Shown here: positions 8,669-19,093 of the stretch, piece after piece
Position numbering within the stretch: position 1 is the first letter of the stretch
Layout: each line of letters starts with the position of its first letter
NCBI GenBank assembly: GCA_045047305.1
Contig: JASFYO010000029.1
Coordinates: 32,001-96,000, forward strand
Source: Planctomycetota bacterium
GTDB lineage: Bacteria > Planctomycetota > UBA1135
DNA: 64,000 nt
Direction: 5' to 3'
Program-made: the position numbers and the translations under genes
The notes under the pieces: generated by a model
Seen by the model: only the letters and a program-made list of their open reading frames with translations
What the model was told of the DNA's origin: nothing
Database searches by the model: none

Positions 8669-10485
8669 TTCGATTGGGCTTCGCTTTTTTCGAAGCGCGC
8701 CAAGGCAATTTCAAGCAAGGCGACATCCGCAGGAGTCACTCCGGCTAATCGTCCTGCACTTCCCAGAGTTTCCGGTCGCACTTCCTCCAAGGTTAGACGC
8801 GCTTCATTGCGTAATCCCTTGATGTTATCTAATGCAAAATTGGAAGGGATTAAAGTTCCTTCGCGTGATGCAGCACGTGCCACCCAAGCAGCCTGACGTT
8901 TTACATAGCCTTCATATTGCACATCTGCTTCAAGAGTTTCCCAATCGCGATTGCTTAGTCCAAAACGCGCACTTTCGGGTGCAACTTCCAACACCTTTTG
9001 CCAGCCACCGTGTTTCGGTTGACGCAAAAGCGCCAGGTGTTCTCCCAATTCCGCCAGCGCTAGATCGAGCCTTGCTTTACGCGCAGCATAACGCTCAAAA
9101 CGATGCCTCGAACAGCCGCCAAACTCCTGTGCAACCGGAGTGAGGCGAATGTCGGCGTTGTCATGACGCAGCAACAATCGATGCTCCGCACGCGATGTGA
9201 ACATGCGGTAAGGTTCGGTGGGATCGCTCACCACCAAGTCATCAATAAGCACTCCGATATAGGCTTGATGTCGACCGAGCACAATCGAGTCACGCCCCAA
9301 GATTTTGAGCGCGGCATTCCATCCTGCCATCAATCCTTGTGCCGCTGCTTCCTCGTAACCAGAAGTGCCACAGATCTGGCCGGCGAGGTACAGGCCATCC
9401 CAGTCACGCAATTCCAAGGTACGGTGCAGGCAACGCGGGGCAACATGGGTGTACTCCACCGCATATCCCGCCTGCACAATCACCGCGTTTTCCATGCCAA
9501 TACAGGTGCGCACAAACTCCTCTTGTACCTCGATAGGCAAAGAAGTGGAAATGCCGTTGGCGTAGAGCAAATCGGAATCGACGCCTTCCGGCTCCAAAAA
9601 CACATTATGCGCATCGCGGTCAGCAAAGCGCACCACCTTGTCCTCCAACGACGGACAATAACGCGGACCGACACCATCAATGCGTCCGGCATACATGGGA
9701 GCCAGATGCAAATTTTCCCGCACGATGTCTTGCGTACGTTTCGTGGTGGTGGTTTGCCAACAAGAGATTTGCTCGTTATCAATGCGATCGTGAAGGAAAC
9801 TAAATGGAACCGGATCAGCATCGCCTTTCTGTTCCGTCATCACCGAGTAGTCCACCGAATCAGCAGCAAGACGTGGCGGGGTTCCAGTCTTTAAACGCGC
9901 CGTGGGTAATCCCAATTTGCGTAATGCTTGACCAAGACCAGCAGCACCGGCTTCGCCAAAACGCCCGCCTTCGGTCTTCACCAAACCAGTATGGAGCAAT
10001 CCCTCTAAGAAAGTACCGGTGGTCAAGATGACTGCTTTGGCTGCAAATTCGCGGCCATCGGCCATGCGGATGCCACGGATTTGCTTCTCATTCCAGAGTA
10101 AATCTACGGCCTCGCCCTCGATGACATGAAGTCCTTCCTGTGCCGCCACCATTTCCTGGGCGATACGCTCATAGCCCTCGCGATCACATTGCGCCCGTGG
10201 CGACTGCACTGCGCGTCCTTTCGATGTATTCAACATGCGAAATTGAATACCAGCACGGTCGGTGATGATGCCCATCCAGCCGCCAAGAGCATCAATCTCA
10301 CGCGTGAGTTGGCCCTTGCCAATCCCTCCAATCGCTGGGTTGCACGACATCCGCCCCAAAGCCTTGGCTTGGAGAGAAACGAGGCCGACCTGAAGGCCCA
10401 GGCGTGCCACCACCGCTGCCGCTTCTAAGCCAGCATGGCCACCGCCAATCACCAAAACATCGTGGGAATCTATCATCATTTCCAA
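8665..10485 (-). CDS. mnmG: tRNA uridine-5-carboxymethylaminomethyl(34) synthesis enzyme MnmG
   Basis: VIGGGHAG, MSCNPAIGG, LKTGTPPR, GPRYCPSLEDK, GTSGYEEAAAQG, PYRMFTSRAE; start could be ATG 10479 or 10476. Confidence 0.97.
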   Translation of the reverse strand: MEMMIDSHDVLVIGGGHAGLEAAAVVARLGLQVGLVSLQAKALGRMSCNPAIGGIGKGQLTREIDALGGWMGIITDRAGIQFRMLNTSKGRAVQSPRAQCDREGYERIAQEMVAAQEGLHVIEGEAVDLLWNEKQIRGIRMADGREFAAKAVILTTGTFLEGLLHTGLVKTEGGRFGEAGAAGLGQALRKLGLPTARLKTGTPPRLAADSVDYSVMTEQKGDADPVPFSFLHDRIDNEQISCWQTTTTKRTQDIVRENLHLAPMYAGRIDGVGPRYCPSLEDKVVRFADRDAHNVFLEPEGVDSDLLYANGISTSLPIEVQEEFVRTCIGMENAVIVQAGYAVEYTHVAPRCLHRTLELRDWDGLYLAGQICGTSGYEEAAAQGLMAGWNAALKILGRDSIVLGRHQAYIGVLIDDLVVSDPTEPYRMFTSRAEHRLLLRHDNADIRLTPVAQEFGGCSRHRFERYAARKARLDLALAELGEHLALLRQPKHGGWQKVLEVAPESARFGLSNRDWETLEADVQYEGYVKRQAAWVARAASREGTLIPSNFALDNIKGLRNEARLTLEEVRPETLGSAGRLAGVTPADVALLEIALARFEKSEAQSN

Positions 10486-10529
10486 GCGCAGGACGCAACC
10501 TGCCGAGCTTTGTATTCTAAAGCACTCTG

Positions 10530-11810
10530 ATGTTTACCGTTGCCCTCCTCCTGTGCGCGCCACTCGCCATTTCCTGCCCTCAAGAACCGAGTGCTGGATT
10601 CGAAAGCCTGACAGCGGCATTGCAAAAGCGAACCGCCGTGCGGCGTGCTAATGCGGAGCAGGCCTGGAAGGACCACGGTGCTGCCTATCTGAACCAACCG
10701 GCTCGTGGCACTATGGACCCCCTGCTGAATTTCGCGCCCGAGATTCAAGAACCCCTGCTGAACGCCCTGCAGCAAACATTGCGCGGAGAACTCGACCAGC
10801 CTGACGCCCAGCAAAGCATTCTGCTCTTGCTGGCCCGATGCCTCAACTCAGGCGGCTCAGCACGTTTGCTAGAGATTCTTCCACAGCTGCCTCCAGCACG
10901 GCAGCCCGACACCCTACGCAGCGTAATTGCGCAGGGTGGACCACGCACCCTTAGTCTTGCGCGCACCTACCTTGACCATGCCAACCCGGCCTTGCGCCAA
11001 GCAGCTCTAGGTGGACTCTTGCTGCACCTCCATGTGTCGGAAACACCGTCCTTGGTCGCGCGGATGGATTTTGCGCAAATGGATTTGGAGCTCTTTGGGG
11101 CCACTCTAGATGAGCTGGCTAATCGAGATTTACCCGATAGCTTTCAGCTCCCCACCGAGGCCTTCCGCCAAACCCAACGCGCCTTTGTCGCTGGCGTAGT
11201 CACGCTGCTTACCGCCCACCCACAAGAAAACGCCGAGGACTACCTGCTTGACCGGGTACTCGATCGCACTGGGACCGGCTTGTCCACCGAATCAAAGGTG
11301 GACTCCCTGCACGCCTACGAAGCTGGCGCCACCGCTTTTCGCTGGAAAACCGGGGTACGAGCACTCGCCCGTGAGCTGAAAGACCTTCCACGTTCGCCAT
11401 ATAGCCTCGAAATCGCTTGGTCCTTGCACCGTTTGGGCGAAAAAGCGGGGCGCAACTATTTGTTAGAAAAGCCCTTGGCCACCGCCCGCCGCAACCCAGA
11501 TGACTGGCGCGCACAATTCGCTTTGGCCCAGCTTCAGGTCGAGGTCGATGAGTTTCAATCGGCCTATCGCCTATACAAAAAGACCCTAGATTCCCTCGAA
11601 GGCACCCCTGTGGTGCGCCGGGTTGAGAAATGGGATTATTTCTACGCTGCACGCGCGGCAGCTGGCGCCAAGCATTCCAAAGAGGCTGGGCAGTGGCTTG
11701 TGGCGGCACGGCTGAGGCCTGAGGAGCTGGCTCCCTACCGAGATTTACCGGAATTTCAGCCCTACCTCAAAAAGGAACCCTTCAATCGTCTGCTAAAGGT
11801 TGCCGATTAG
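10530..11810 (+). CDS. Secreted HEAT/TPR-like helical repeat protein
   Basis: 426 aa ORF with hydrophobic N-terminus, a HEAT-like unit (YLDHANPALRQAA) and a C-terminal TPR (NPDDWRAQFALAQL). Confidence 0.6.
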   Translation: MFTVALLLCAPLAISCPQEPSAGFESLTAALQKRTAVRRANAEQAWKDHGAAYLNQPARGTMDPLLNFAPEIQEPLLNALQQTLRGELDQPDAQQSILLLLARCLNSGGSARLLEILPQLPPARQPDTLRSVIAQGGPRTLSLARTYLDHANPALRQAALGGLLLHLHVSETPSLVARMDFAQMDLELFGATLDELANRDLPDSFQLPTEAFRQTQRAFVAGVVTLLTAHPQENAEDYLLDRVLDRTGTGLSTESKVDSLHAYEAGATAFRWKTGVRALARELKDLPRSPYSLEIAWSLHRLGEKAGRNYLLEKPLATARRNPDDWRAQFALAQLQVEVDEFQSAYRLYKKTLDSLEGTPVVRRVEKWDYFYAARAAAGAKHSKEAGQWLVAARLRPEELAPYRDLPEFQPYLKKEPFNRLLKVAD

Positions 11811-11843
11811 GGGCGGCGACGGGAGAATGTTCGGTCCTGGGTC

Positions 11844-13199
11844 ATGTGGACCCACCCAAAAGACGTGCCGAAATCCCTCCCCATTGAAGCCGACAAGACC
11901 GAACTCGGTGCTTGTCACTACAAAATCTCCGTCAAGGTTCCTGCTGAACGGGTGACCGAGGAATTTGATCATGCTTACAAATCCGCATCGCGGGGCATGA
12001 AAATTCCAGGTTTCCGTCCTGGCAAAGCGCCGGCATCGGTCCTTCGCCAACTCCTTGGAGACGGCATCCAAGAACATGCTACCGAGCATCTGTTCGAGCA
12101 CACCTCGGGCGATGCATTGAGTGTGGTTGGGCTGCGCAGTGAAGTTTTGCGCATGCTGGAATTCGATCCAAGCCAATACACCGTCGAAGATGGAACCGCG
12201 CTCGAGTTCGAATTCGAAGTAGAAACCATGCCTCAAATCGATCTTCCAGAATGGACGGAGATTGATGTCGAAGCGGAAGAAACCGAAGCGACCGAAGAGC
12301 AAATCCAAGAAGCCCTCAACGGTTTGGGACAAAACCATGCCAAGTTCGAGGAAGTCGAAGACGGTAGCGTCGACGAAGAGCTTCTTGCTGAAATCGATCT
12401 GGTTTACGAACTAGATGGCGAAACTGGCCCCGAAGCCAAAGAGCTTAAGTTTGGCCTCGGCTCCCCGCTTTACGGCGCGGATTCTGAAAAATACGACGAA
12501 GCACTACGCGGCGCCCAAGCTGGCAGCGAGTTTGAACTCGAGGTCGAGTTCAACGAAGGCTTCTCCAAAGAAGAGTGGGTTGGCAAGACAGGCATCGCCA
12601 AAATCAAGGTCCTCAAGGTGCTCAAGCAACGTGCTGCAACCAAGGAAGAACTCTGTGAGGGGCTTGGCCTAGATAGCCCAGAAGTGCTCGATGAGCGCTT
12701 AGAAGCACGCATTGCCGCTGATAACGTACAGCGTGAGCGTGAGCGTCAGGCCCATGAAATCCTGGCCACCATCGTTCGCCTGCGTCCTTTCGAACTGCCG
12801 GGCCGCATGATTGAAGAAGAAGCTGCTGCCACCACCAAGTCGAACAAGGAGCGCATGATGCAACAAGGCGCGAGCGAAGAGCAGGCAGAAGAAGAGGCTG
12901 CCAAGCACGTGGACCAAATGGTGGAGGATGCAGAAAAACGCCTCAAGCATTGGTTCATTCTGCGCAAAGTTGGCGCTGAAATGAAGGTACGGGTGACGTC
13001 TAAGGATTTGGACATGGCCTACCGTTCGATCTCGATGCAGCAACAAGTCGATATCAAAATGGTCAAGACCTACTATAAGGAGCAAAACATGGTGGATAAC
13101 CTCCGTGGCGAAATCCTTGAGTCCAAAGTCCGCTCCACGATCGTGGATGTGGTCGCCAAGCACCGCGAAGATAAGGCCGCTGCGCCGCTGGAATCCTAA
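11844..13199 (+). CDS. tig: Trigger factor
   Basis: IPGFRPGKAP ribosome-binding signature; upstream of clpP-clpX; start may be GTG 11865. Confidence 0.93.
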   Translation: MWTHPKDVPKSLPIEADKTELGACHYKISVKVPAERVTEEFDHAYKSASRGMKIPGFRPGKAPASVLRQLLGDGIQEHATEHLFEHTSGDALSVVGLRSEVLRMLEFDPSQYTVEDGTALEFEFEVETMPQIDLPEWTEIDVEAEETEATEEQIQEALNGLGQNHAKFEEVEDGSVDEELLAEIDLVYELDGETGPEAKELKFGLGSPLYGADSEKYDEALRGAQAGSEFELEVEFNEGFSKEEWVGKTGIAKIKVLKVLKQRAATKEELCEGLGLDSPEVLDERLEARIAADNVQRERERQAHEILATIVRLRPFELPGRMIEEEAAATTKSNKERMMQQGASEEQAEEEAAKHVDQMVEDAEKRLKHWFILRKVGAEMKVRVTSKDLDMAYRSISMQQQVDIKMVKTYYKEQNMVDNLRGEILESKVRSTIVDVVAKHREDKAAAPLES

Positions 13200-13237
13200 T
13201 TGGAATCCTTCCAGGCTTCCTAAAGGATGCCGCCCAT

Positions 13238-13280
13238 AAACGCCGAGAGCTTCTTCAAGGGGCTCTCGGCGTTTCTTTTT
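13238..13280 (+). terminator. Rho-independent terminator after tig
   Basis: 13-bp stem AAACGCCGAGAGC / GCTCTCGGCGTTT followed by CTTTTT. Confidence 0.8.
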
Positions 13281-13292
13281 GGATGCCGAGGT

Positions 13293-13321
13293 TTGATTTG
13301 CCCCGCCAATAACGCTACTTT
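13293..13321 (+). promoter_or_regulatory. Sigma70-type promoter of clpP (likely leaderless)
   Basis: TTGATT-17 nt-TACTTT, 6 nt before ATG 13328, directly after the tig terminator. Confidence 0.6.
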
Positions 13322-13327
13322 CCTGCC

Positions 13328-13942
13328 ATGAACTCGCCCGAGCACCAGCCCGCCCAAGGCTTCTCCATTCCTTACGTCATCGAGAAGACCGGTCGCGGTG
13401 AGCGCACTTACGACCTTTACTCCCGCCTTCTGGAAGATCGCATTATCTTCCTCGGCACCGGAGTAGACGACATGGTCGCCAACGTCATCGTCGCCCAGCT
13501 CTTGTTCCTGTTTAAGCAGAATAAGAACCAGGACATTCAGATGTACATCAACTCCCCGGGTGGCTCGGTCACCGCTGGGTTGGCGATTTACGACACCATG
13601 CAGTACATCGACTGTGATGTATCTACTTTCTGCATCGGGCAATGCGCATCCATGGGTGCGGTTTTGCTGGGTGGAGGCGCTACGGGTAAGCGTTTTATCC
13701 TGCCCAACTCCCGGGTGATGATTCACCAGCCTTGGGGTGGTACGCAAGGCACCGCCAGCGACATGGAAATCCAGGTCGCTGAGATTCTGCACTTGAAAAA
13801 GCGCCTCAACGGCATCCTTGCCCACCACAGCGGCAAGACCCTGAAACAGGTCGAGAAGGCTACCGACCGTGACAATTTCCTCTCCGCTGAGGAAAGTGTG
13901 GAGTTTGGTCTCGTCGACCAGATTATCGGTCAGGTGAACTAG
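13328..13942 (+). CDS. clpP: ATP-dependent Clp protease proteolytic subunit
   Basis: [25 protein letters not shown] (Ser), MIHQP (His), DRD. Confidence 0.97.
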   Translation: MNSPEHQPAQGFSIPYVIEKTGRGERTYDLYSRLLEDRIIFLGTGVDDMVANVIVAQLLFLFKQNKNQDIQMYINSPGGSVTAGLAIYDTMQYIDCDVSTFCIGQCASMGAVLLGGGATGKRFILPNSRVMIHQPWGGTQGTASDMEIQVAEILHLKKRLNGILAHHSGKTLKQVEKATDRDNFLSAEESVEFGLVDQIIGQVN

Positions 13943-13977
13943 CGTTCCAGGCCCCTTTCTTAGTGTAGACTATACGT

Positions 13978-15318
13978 ATGGCAAGGGGCCAAGACCGAGG
14001 AGAAGTAGAACGTTGCACTTTCTGTGAGAAGGTGCGCGCCCAGGTGGAGTCGTTAATCGCGGGTCCACCTGGAATCTATATCTGTAATGAGTGCGTGGAA
14101 ATCTGCAACTCGATCCTGCATGAAGAGGACCGGCGCTTGCAATCCGTCACCGAACCCGAGGCCGATAAAACCTCGGTGGGTTTCCTGACTCCGCGCGAAA
14201 TCGTCAATCGTTTGGACGAGTACGTCTACAGTCAGGAAAGCGCCAAGCGTGTCCTGGCCGTTGCGGTACACAACCACTACAAACGGTTAGAGGCCGATGC
14301 CCGCATGGCTGCGGTCAAAGACGGTGCGGAAAAACCGGAATGGGCCAACGTGGAGTTGGAGAAGTCCAACGTCTTGCTGATAGGACCGACCGGCTCTGGA
14401 AAAACCCTGCTTGCGCGGACTTTGGCGCGCATTCTGAATGTGCCCTTCGCGATTGCCGATGCCACCACTTTGACCGAAGCCGGCTATGTAGGTGAAGACG
14501 TCGAAAACATCTTGCTGAAGCTGCTGCAGTCCTGTGACTTTGATTTGGAGAAGGCCCAACGCGGCATCATCTATATCGATGAAATCGACAAGATTGCGCG
14601 CACCACTTCCAACGTGAGTATCACCCGCGATGTCAGCGGTGAAGGCGTACAGCAGTCCTTGCTAAAGATTCTGGAAGGTTCGGTGGCGAATGTGCCACCC
14701 CAGGGCGGACGCAAACATCCGGAGCAATCCTGCATTCAAATGGACACTTCCGGCATCCTCTTCATCTGTGGCGGAACTTTCTCTGGGATTGAAGAGATCA
14801 TCGGGCGCCGTGTAGGCGAAGGTTCCATTGGCTTCCACTCTCCTGAAGAATCGGTGAAAGCGATTGAGGTCAAAGACCTCAACGACCGTGATCGTTTGGT
14901 GCCGTTGCTCGACACCAAAGATTTAGTCGACTATGGATTGATTCCTGAGTTCGTCGGACGTCTTCCAGTCCATGTTCACCTCGCTGGCCTTAGTCAGGAA
15001 GATTTAGTGCATATCTTGGTTGAGCCAAAAAATGCGCTGATTCGTCAGTTCCAGGCTTACTTCGCCATGGAAGAACACGAGTTATCCTTTACCCAAGAAG
15101 CTTTGGTGGAGATTGCCAAAAAAGCATTTGAACGTGAAACCGGCGTCCGTGCCCTACGTTCCATCTTGGAAGGCGTACTACACGATCTCATGTTCCATCT
15201 CCCGGAATACGGCTCCCCTGGACGTAGCTTTGTGATTACCGGCGAAATGATTCGTAACGGCAATGCCAATGTCTTGCTGGAAGGGGGCGAAGAGAACGCC
15301 CGTCGCGAAACCGCCTAG
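13978..15318 (+). CDS. clpX: ATP-dependent Clp protease ATP-binding subunit
   Basis: C4 zinc finger, [34 protein letters not shown] loop. Confidence 0.97.
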   Translation: MARGQDRGEVERCTFCEKVRAQVESLIAGPPGIYICNECVEICNSILHEEDRRLQSVTEPEADKTSVGFLTPREIVNRLDEYVYSQESAKRVLAVAVHNHYKRLEADARMAAVKDGAEKPEWANVELEKSNVLLIGPTGSGKTLLARTLARILNVPFAIADATTLTEAGYVGEDVENILLKLLQSCDFDLEKAQRGIIYIDEIDKIARTTSNVSITRDVSGEGVQQSLLKILEGSVANVPPQGGRKHPEQSCIQMDTSGILFICGGTFSGIEEIIGRRVGEGSIGFHSPEESVKAIEVKDLNDRDRLVPLLDTKDLVDYGLIPEFVGRLPVHVHLAGLSQEDLVHILVEPKNALIRQFQAYFAMEEHELSFTQEALVEIAKKAFERETGVRALRSILEGVLHDLMFHLPEYGSPGRSFVITGEMIRNGNANVLLEGGEENARRETA

Positions 15319-15335
15319 GCTTCCCACACTAACCC

Positions 15336-17075
15336 TTGGTCATGTTTGGACTCCTCACGAGCCTCCTCTTGGCGGCGGCGCAGCAAGCACCGTCGGTTCC
15401 TTTTGAATTTGACCTGCCCGCAGGCTATGCCCCCTTTGAAGCTTCAGCTGAGGAACTAGGCACCTGGGTCAGTGCTCGCGAGGACGCAGGTGCACGTTTT
15501 CTAGTGCGCCATTACGCGGTCACCATCGGAGCGATTCCTGCCGCGGTCGCCAAAGACATTCGTGATCGCTTGTGGGCACCAAGTCTGCAAAAAATCCAGC
15601 ACAGCATCACACCATGGGCTGGTGAGGTCGACGGCATTGAAGCGGCCGGATGGATCATTGAATATCCCTCTGAACACAAAGCCATGGTGGTACTGCAACG
15701 GATTGCCATCCAAGGCGAGGCTATGACCATGATTTTGTGGGAAGGTCCTTTCGCTGGCAAACAAGCAGCCGAAGCCTTACTCGACGGATTCAAGCTGCCA
15801 TCCAGTTGGCTCTCGCTTCCCCCGCCAGAAATCGATATCTACCGCGGCCTAGGGCCTAACGCGGAAGCTCCACTCTTCCCAGGTAAAATGGAGATAGAGA
15901 TATTTTCGCCCGCGTTTAAGGAAGATGCCTACATGACAGTTCGGGTTAGCTATACCCCCGGTTTAGGCCCAACTCCAAACCAGGAATTCACTTGGCAACT
16001 TCCCAGCGGCGCCGCGCTGCAACCGCAAGAGGATGATTTAGGTGGACGTCGGGTGGTTTATCGCGTTCCGCTTGGAGAAGATGGCGGATTTGGCGCTACC
16101 TTTGGTATCACCCGCCTCGATGGGCAGGAATTCAGCGCTTTGAATCCCCTTTGGTTGGCGATGCCGTCGCCAGCGCTTAGTCTGCCAAATGTACAACCTC
16201 CTGAGTGGCAACTGACCGTGACTCACCTGGCTAATCTTGAGGCTATTTCCACTCAAGTGATCCACCAAAGATTTGACGAGGTCAACAAAGCCATCATCAC
16301 AGAATTCGCAGCCGTCCCCGCTGGAGTTGCATGGCCGTTCTTTTTAATCGGCGACTTTGAACTGCGTCAGACCGCAGGCCGTAACTGGCACTTGCGCCTC
16401 AACAGCAACGCCACCTTAGAAGAGGATGCGATGCGTGAGATCGTACGTCTGCATAAGGCACTAGATCTATGGATGCCAGGAGTCAGTGAACATTGGACTG
16501 TCGCTTCCTTTCCTTGGATTGGGGATCGAGTGATGCCAGGACTCTTAGTATTGGATGAACAACGTGGCTGGTTTGGCGCGCCAGTGGATAGTGACTTTGA
16601 AGGTTTAAGCCGACGCACAGCCCTAGCCAAACTTCTTTGCCAAGAGCCCTTTGGTGTGCGCAGTCACTCCCGCGGCAGTGCGGCCCTGTTCATGGAATCT
16701 TCTCTCGCTGAATACGCCGCTTGGCGTTTGCTAGAAACTTCTGACAATCAAGCCGACGCCGATGCACTCCTTGCCAGCTGGAAGTTACACGAAAAACGTT
16801 CTGGCGCCCTACCAATGCCACTTTCGCTACTAGAAATTGGCGATCTCTACGGGCCCCGCCGCCTGCTCAGCTTTGGCCCTTTGGTCTGGCGTGCCATCGA
16901 ACAGAACTGTGGCAGAGCCGCATTCGATAACATCCTAAAACAGCAGCTACAAAGCCACTCTTGGTGGACTACTTCTGATTTAGAGGCAAAACTTAAAGCC
17001 GCCAACCCAAGTTTCGATTGGGATGAATTTTTCACCCAGCATGTCTACGGGCGCAATCTGCCCTCCGACGCTTAA
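15336..17075 (+). CDS. Secreted protein with a degenerate M1 aminopeptidase-like C-terminal region
   Basis: C-terminal pattern follows M1/gluzincin helices but HEXXH is replaced by LAKLLCQ; start may be ATG 15342. Confidence 0.55.
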   Translation: MVMFGLLTSLLLAAAQQAPSVPFEFDLPAGYAPFEASAEELGTWVSAREDAGARFLVRHYAVTIGAIPAAVAKDIRDRLWAPSLQKIQHSITPWAGEVDGIEAAGWIIEYPSEHKAMVVLQRIAIQGEAMTMILWEGPFAGKQAAEALLDGFKLPSSWLSLPPPEIDIYRGLGPNAEAPLFPGKMEIEIFSPAFKEDAYMTVRVSYTPGLGPTPNQEFTWQLPSGAALQPQEDDLGGRRVVYRVPLGEDGGFGATFGITRLDGQEFSALNPLWLAMPSPALSLPNVQPPEWQLTVTHLANLEAISTQVIHQRFDEVNKAIITEFAAVPAGVAWPFFLIGDFELRQTAGRNWHLRLNSNATLEEDAMREIVRLHKALDLWMPGVSEHWTVASFPWIGDRVMPGLLVLDEQRGWFGAPVDSDFEGLSRRTALAKLLCQEPFGVRSHSRGSAALFMESSLAEYAAWRLLETSDNQADADALLASWKLHEKRSGALPMPLSLLEIGDLYGPRRLLSFGPLVWRAIEQNCGRAAFDNILKQQLQSHSWWTTSDLEAKLKAANPSFDWDEFFTQHVYGRNLPSDA

Positions 17076-17105
17076 CCTCTAGTCTGCCTTCCACTCCCCC
17101 GAATC

Positions 17106-18035
17106 ATGCGCATTTATTACCACCGCGACTTTGATGGCATGGCCTCAGCCGCCATCCTTGCGGACGCTCTCGAGCAGTCTCGCGACGAAGCTCAAGTCCG
17201 TTGGGCAGGGGTGAACTTTGACCGCACCCTAAATTGGGAAGACTTTGCCATGGGGCAAAACTTTGCCGTGGTAGATTTTCATTTCCACCCACGCGCAAAG
17301 TATTGGTTTGATCACCACCCAACCACCTTCCTCAGTGAAGAAGATCAAGCCAAGTTCACTCCAGATGAGAACCGCTGCTTTGACCCAACCGCGCCTAGCT
17401 GCCCCCCCATTATCCTGAAGCATGCAATAGAACATTGGGGATACGAGCCCCGCGCGCACTATGCAGAACTTTCCAAGTGGTCCGACATCATCGATGCCGC
17501 ACGCTTTGGATCTGCCGACCAGTCCATGTTTGGGACGGAAGCCGCCATTCGAGTTAGCCGCGCACTCACTTGCGCTCCAGATTTGAGCTTCCACGACCGC
17601 GTGGTTGGCTTGATGCGCGACCGCCCTCTTTTACAGGTCGCCAATGATCCCAAAATCGATAAGTGCTATGAGCGTTCCTGCCGCAACCGCGATAATGCAT
17701 TGGAGAACTTCAGCGCCAATGTGCAGATTCGATCGGCCACCGCCTTGTTCGCTGACTTACGTTCGCGCAAGATTCGCCGCGAACGTTTTGCGCCGTTCTA
17801 CTTGAACCCAGAAATCAACTACGCCGTCACCTTGTTACCCACTCGCGCGGGTGTGCATATTACGCTGGCCTCGAATCCATGGAATCGGCCGAAGAGTGAT
17901 TTTCACATCGGCAATGAAATGAAAAAATATGGCGGCGGCGGCCACCAAGGCGTTGGAGGGTGCAATCCTCCGGATGAAGCCACAGCCCTGGAATGGGCTC
18001 ACGATATCTACCACGCGGTCGAAAGCCTCAGCTAG
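17106..18035 (+). CDS. DHH family phosphoesterase (DHHA1-like C-terminus)
   Basis: HRDFDG, VVDF, FDHH, GGGGH motifs. Confidence 0.85.
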   Translation: MRIYYHRDFDGMASAAILADALEQSRDEAQVRWAGVNFDRTLNWEDFAMGQNFAVVDFHFHPRAKYWFDHHPTTFLSEEDQAKFTPDENRCFDPTAPSCPPIILKHAIEHWGYEPRAHYAELSKWSDIIDAARFGSADQSMFGTEAAIRVSRALTCAPDLSFHDRVVGLMRDRPLLQVANDPKIDKCYERSCRNRDNALENFSANVQIRSATALFADLRSRKIRRERFAPFYLNPEINYAVTLLPTRAGVHITLASNPWNRPKSDFHIGNEMKKYGGGGHQGVGGCNPPDEATALEWAHDIYHAVESLS

Positions 18036-18040
18036 AGCTT

Positions 18041-19084
18041 ATGCAACCCTTGCTAGAATCGCATCCATCCGCTTGGCCGGGGATTTTCAAAGAGCTCGGC
18101 GTGCCTTCCTTTCATGGTAAGAACGCCGCGCGATGGGTGTTTCAGCGTGGTGCCGGCTCGTGGCAAGAAATGACCGACTTGCCGGCCTCTCTACGCCAAA
18201 AGCTGGAGGCCGAAATCCCTCTACTACGCGCACGTTTAATCGACACCTCGGAAGCTAGTGATGGTGCGGTCAAAGTGCTGCTTGCAATGCCGGACGATGC
18301 CACGGTGGAAGCCGTCGGTATGCCGGGCACTGCAGGGCGAACCTTATGCCTCAGCACTCAGGTCGGTTGCCCGGTGAAATGTCGTTTTTGCGCGAGTGGC
18401 ATGGAGGGACTCAGCCGTAACCTGACTCAAGGTGAAATACTCGAACAGGTGTTGTGGCTAAGGCGCGCACAGGGTGATTTTCAGCGCATTGTGGTTATGG
18501 GCATGGGAGAGGCTGGGTTTAACCTCGACGCCGTCCTGGGTGCTCTCGATGTCCTCCTCGACGACACTGGCTTCGGCCTCTCTGCCCGCCGCATTACCCT
18601 CAGCACGGTCGGACCCAAAGACACTCTCCCGCGCATTGCCGCATGGGGCCGCCCGGTAAATCTTGCGCTCTCACTTCATGCCCCCGACGACGAGCTTCGT
18701 CATCAATTGGTACCTGGAGTCGCCAAACGCAGCATCGATGAGACTCTGGCCGAAGCCGATGCCCTATTCGTGGCGCATGGGCGTGAATATACGGTGGAAT
18801 ATGTGCTCTTGGCGGGCGTGAATGACTCCCCTGAACAGGCCGAAGCCCTGGCCTCTTTGTTATACCAAAGACGTTGTCACGTAAATCTAATCCCCTTTAA
18901 CCCAGTGGCGGAACTGTCTTACGACCGTCCCGCCCCATTGGTGCAGGAAGACTTCGCGAAACGGCTACGAGCAAGGGGTCTATCCGTTACCTTAAGACGG
19001 AGTCTTGGACGGGAATCGGACGCCGCTTGTGGTCAGCTTCGGCGTCGCAGGTTGCCCTCCCCAGACCTCTCGACCGAAGTCTAA
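18041..19084 (+). CDS. rlmN: Dual-specificity RNA methyltransferase RlmN (radical SAM)
   Basis: CLSTQVGCPVKCRFCASG, MGMGE, SLHAP, VNLIPFN, AACGQL. Confidence 0.95.
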   Translation: MQPLLESHPSAWPGIFKELGVPSFHGKNAARWVFQRGAGSWQEMTDLPASLRQKLEAEIPLLRARLIDTSEASDGAVKVLLAMPDDATVEAVGMPGTAGRTLCLSTQVGCPVKCRFCASGMEGLSRNLTQGEILEQVLWLRRAQGDFQRIVVMGMGEAGFNLDAVLGALDVLLDDTGFGLSARRITLSTVGPKDTLPRIAAWGRPVNLALSLHAPDDELRHQLVPGVAKRSIDETLAEADALFVAHGREYTVEYVLLAGVNDSPEQAEALASLLYQRRCHVNLIPFNPVAELSYDRPAPLVQEDFAKRLRARGLSVTLRRSLGRESDAACGQLRRRRLPSPDLSTEV

Positions 19085-19093
19085 TCAAACCCG

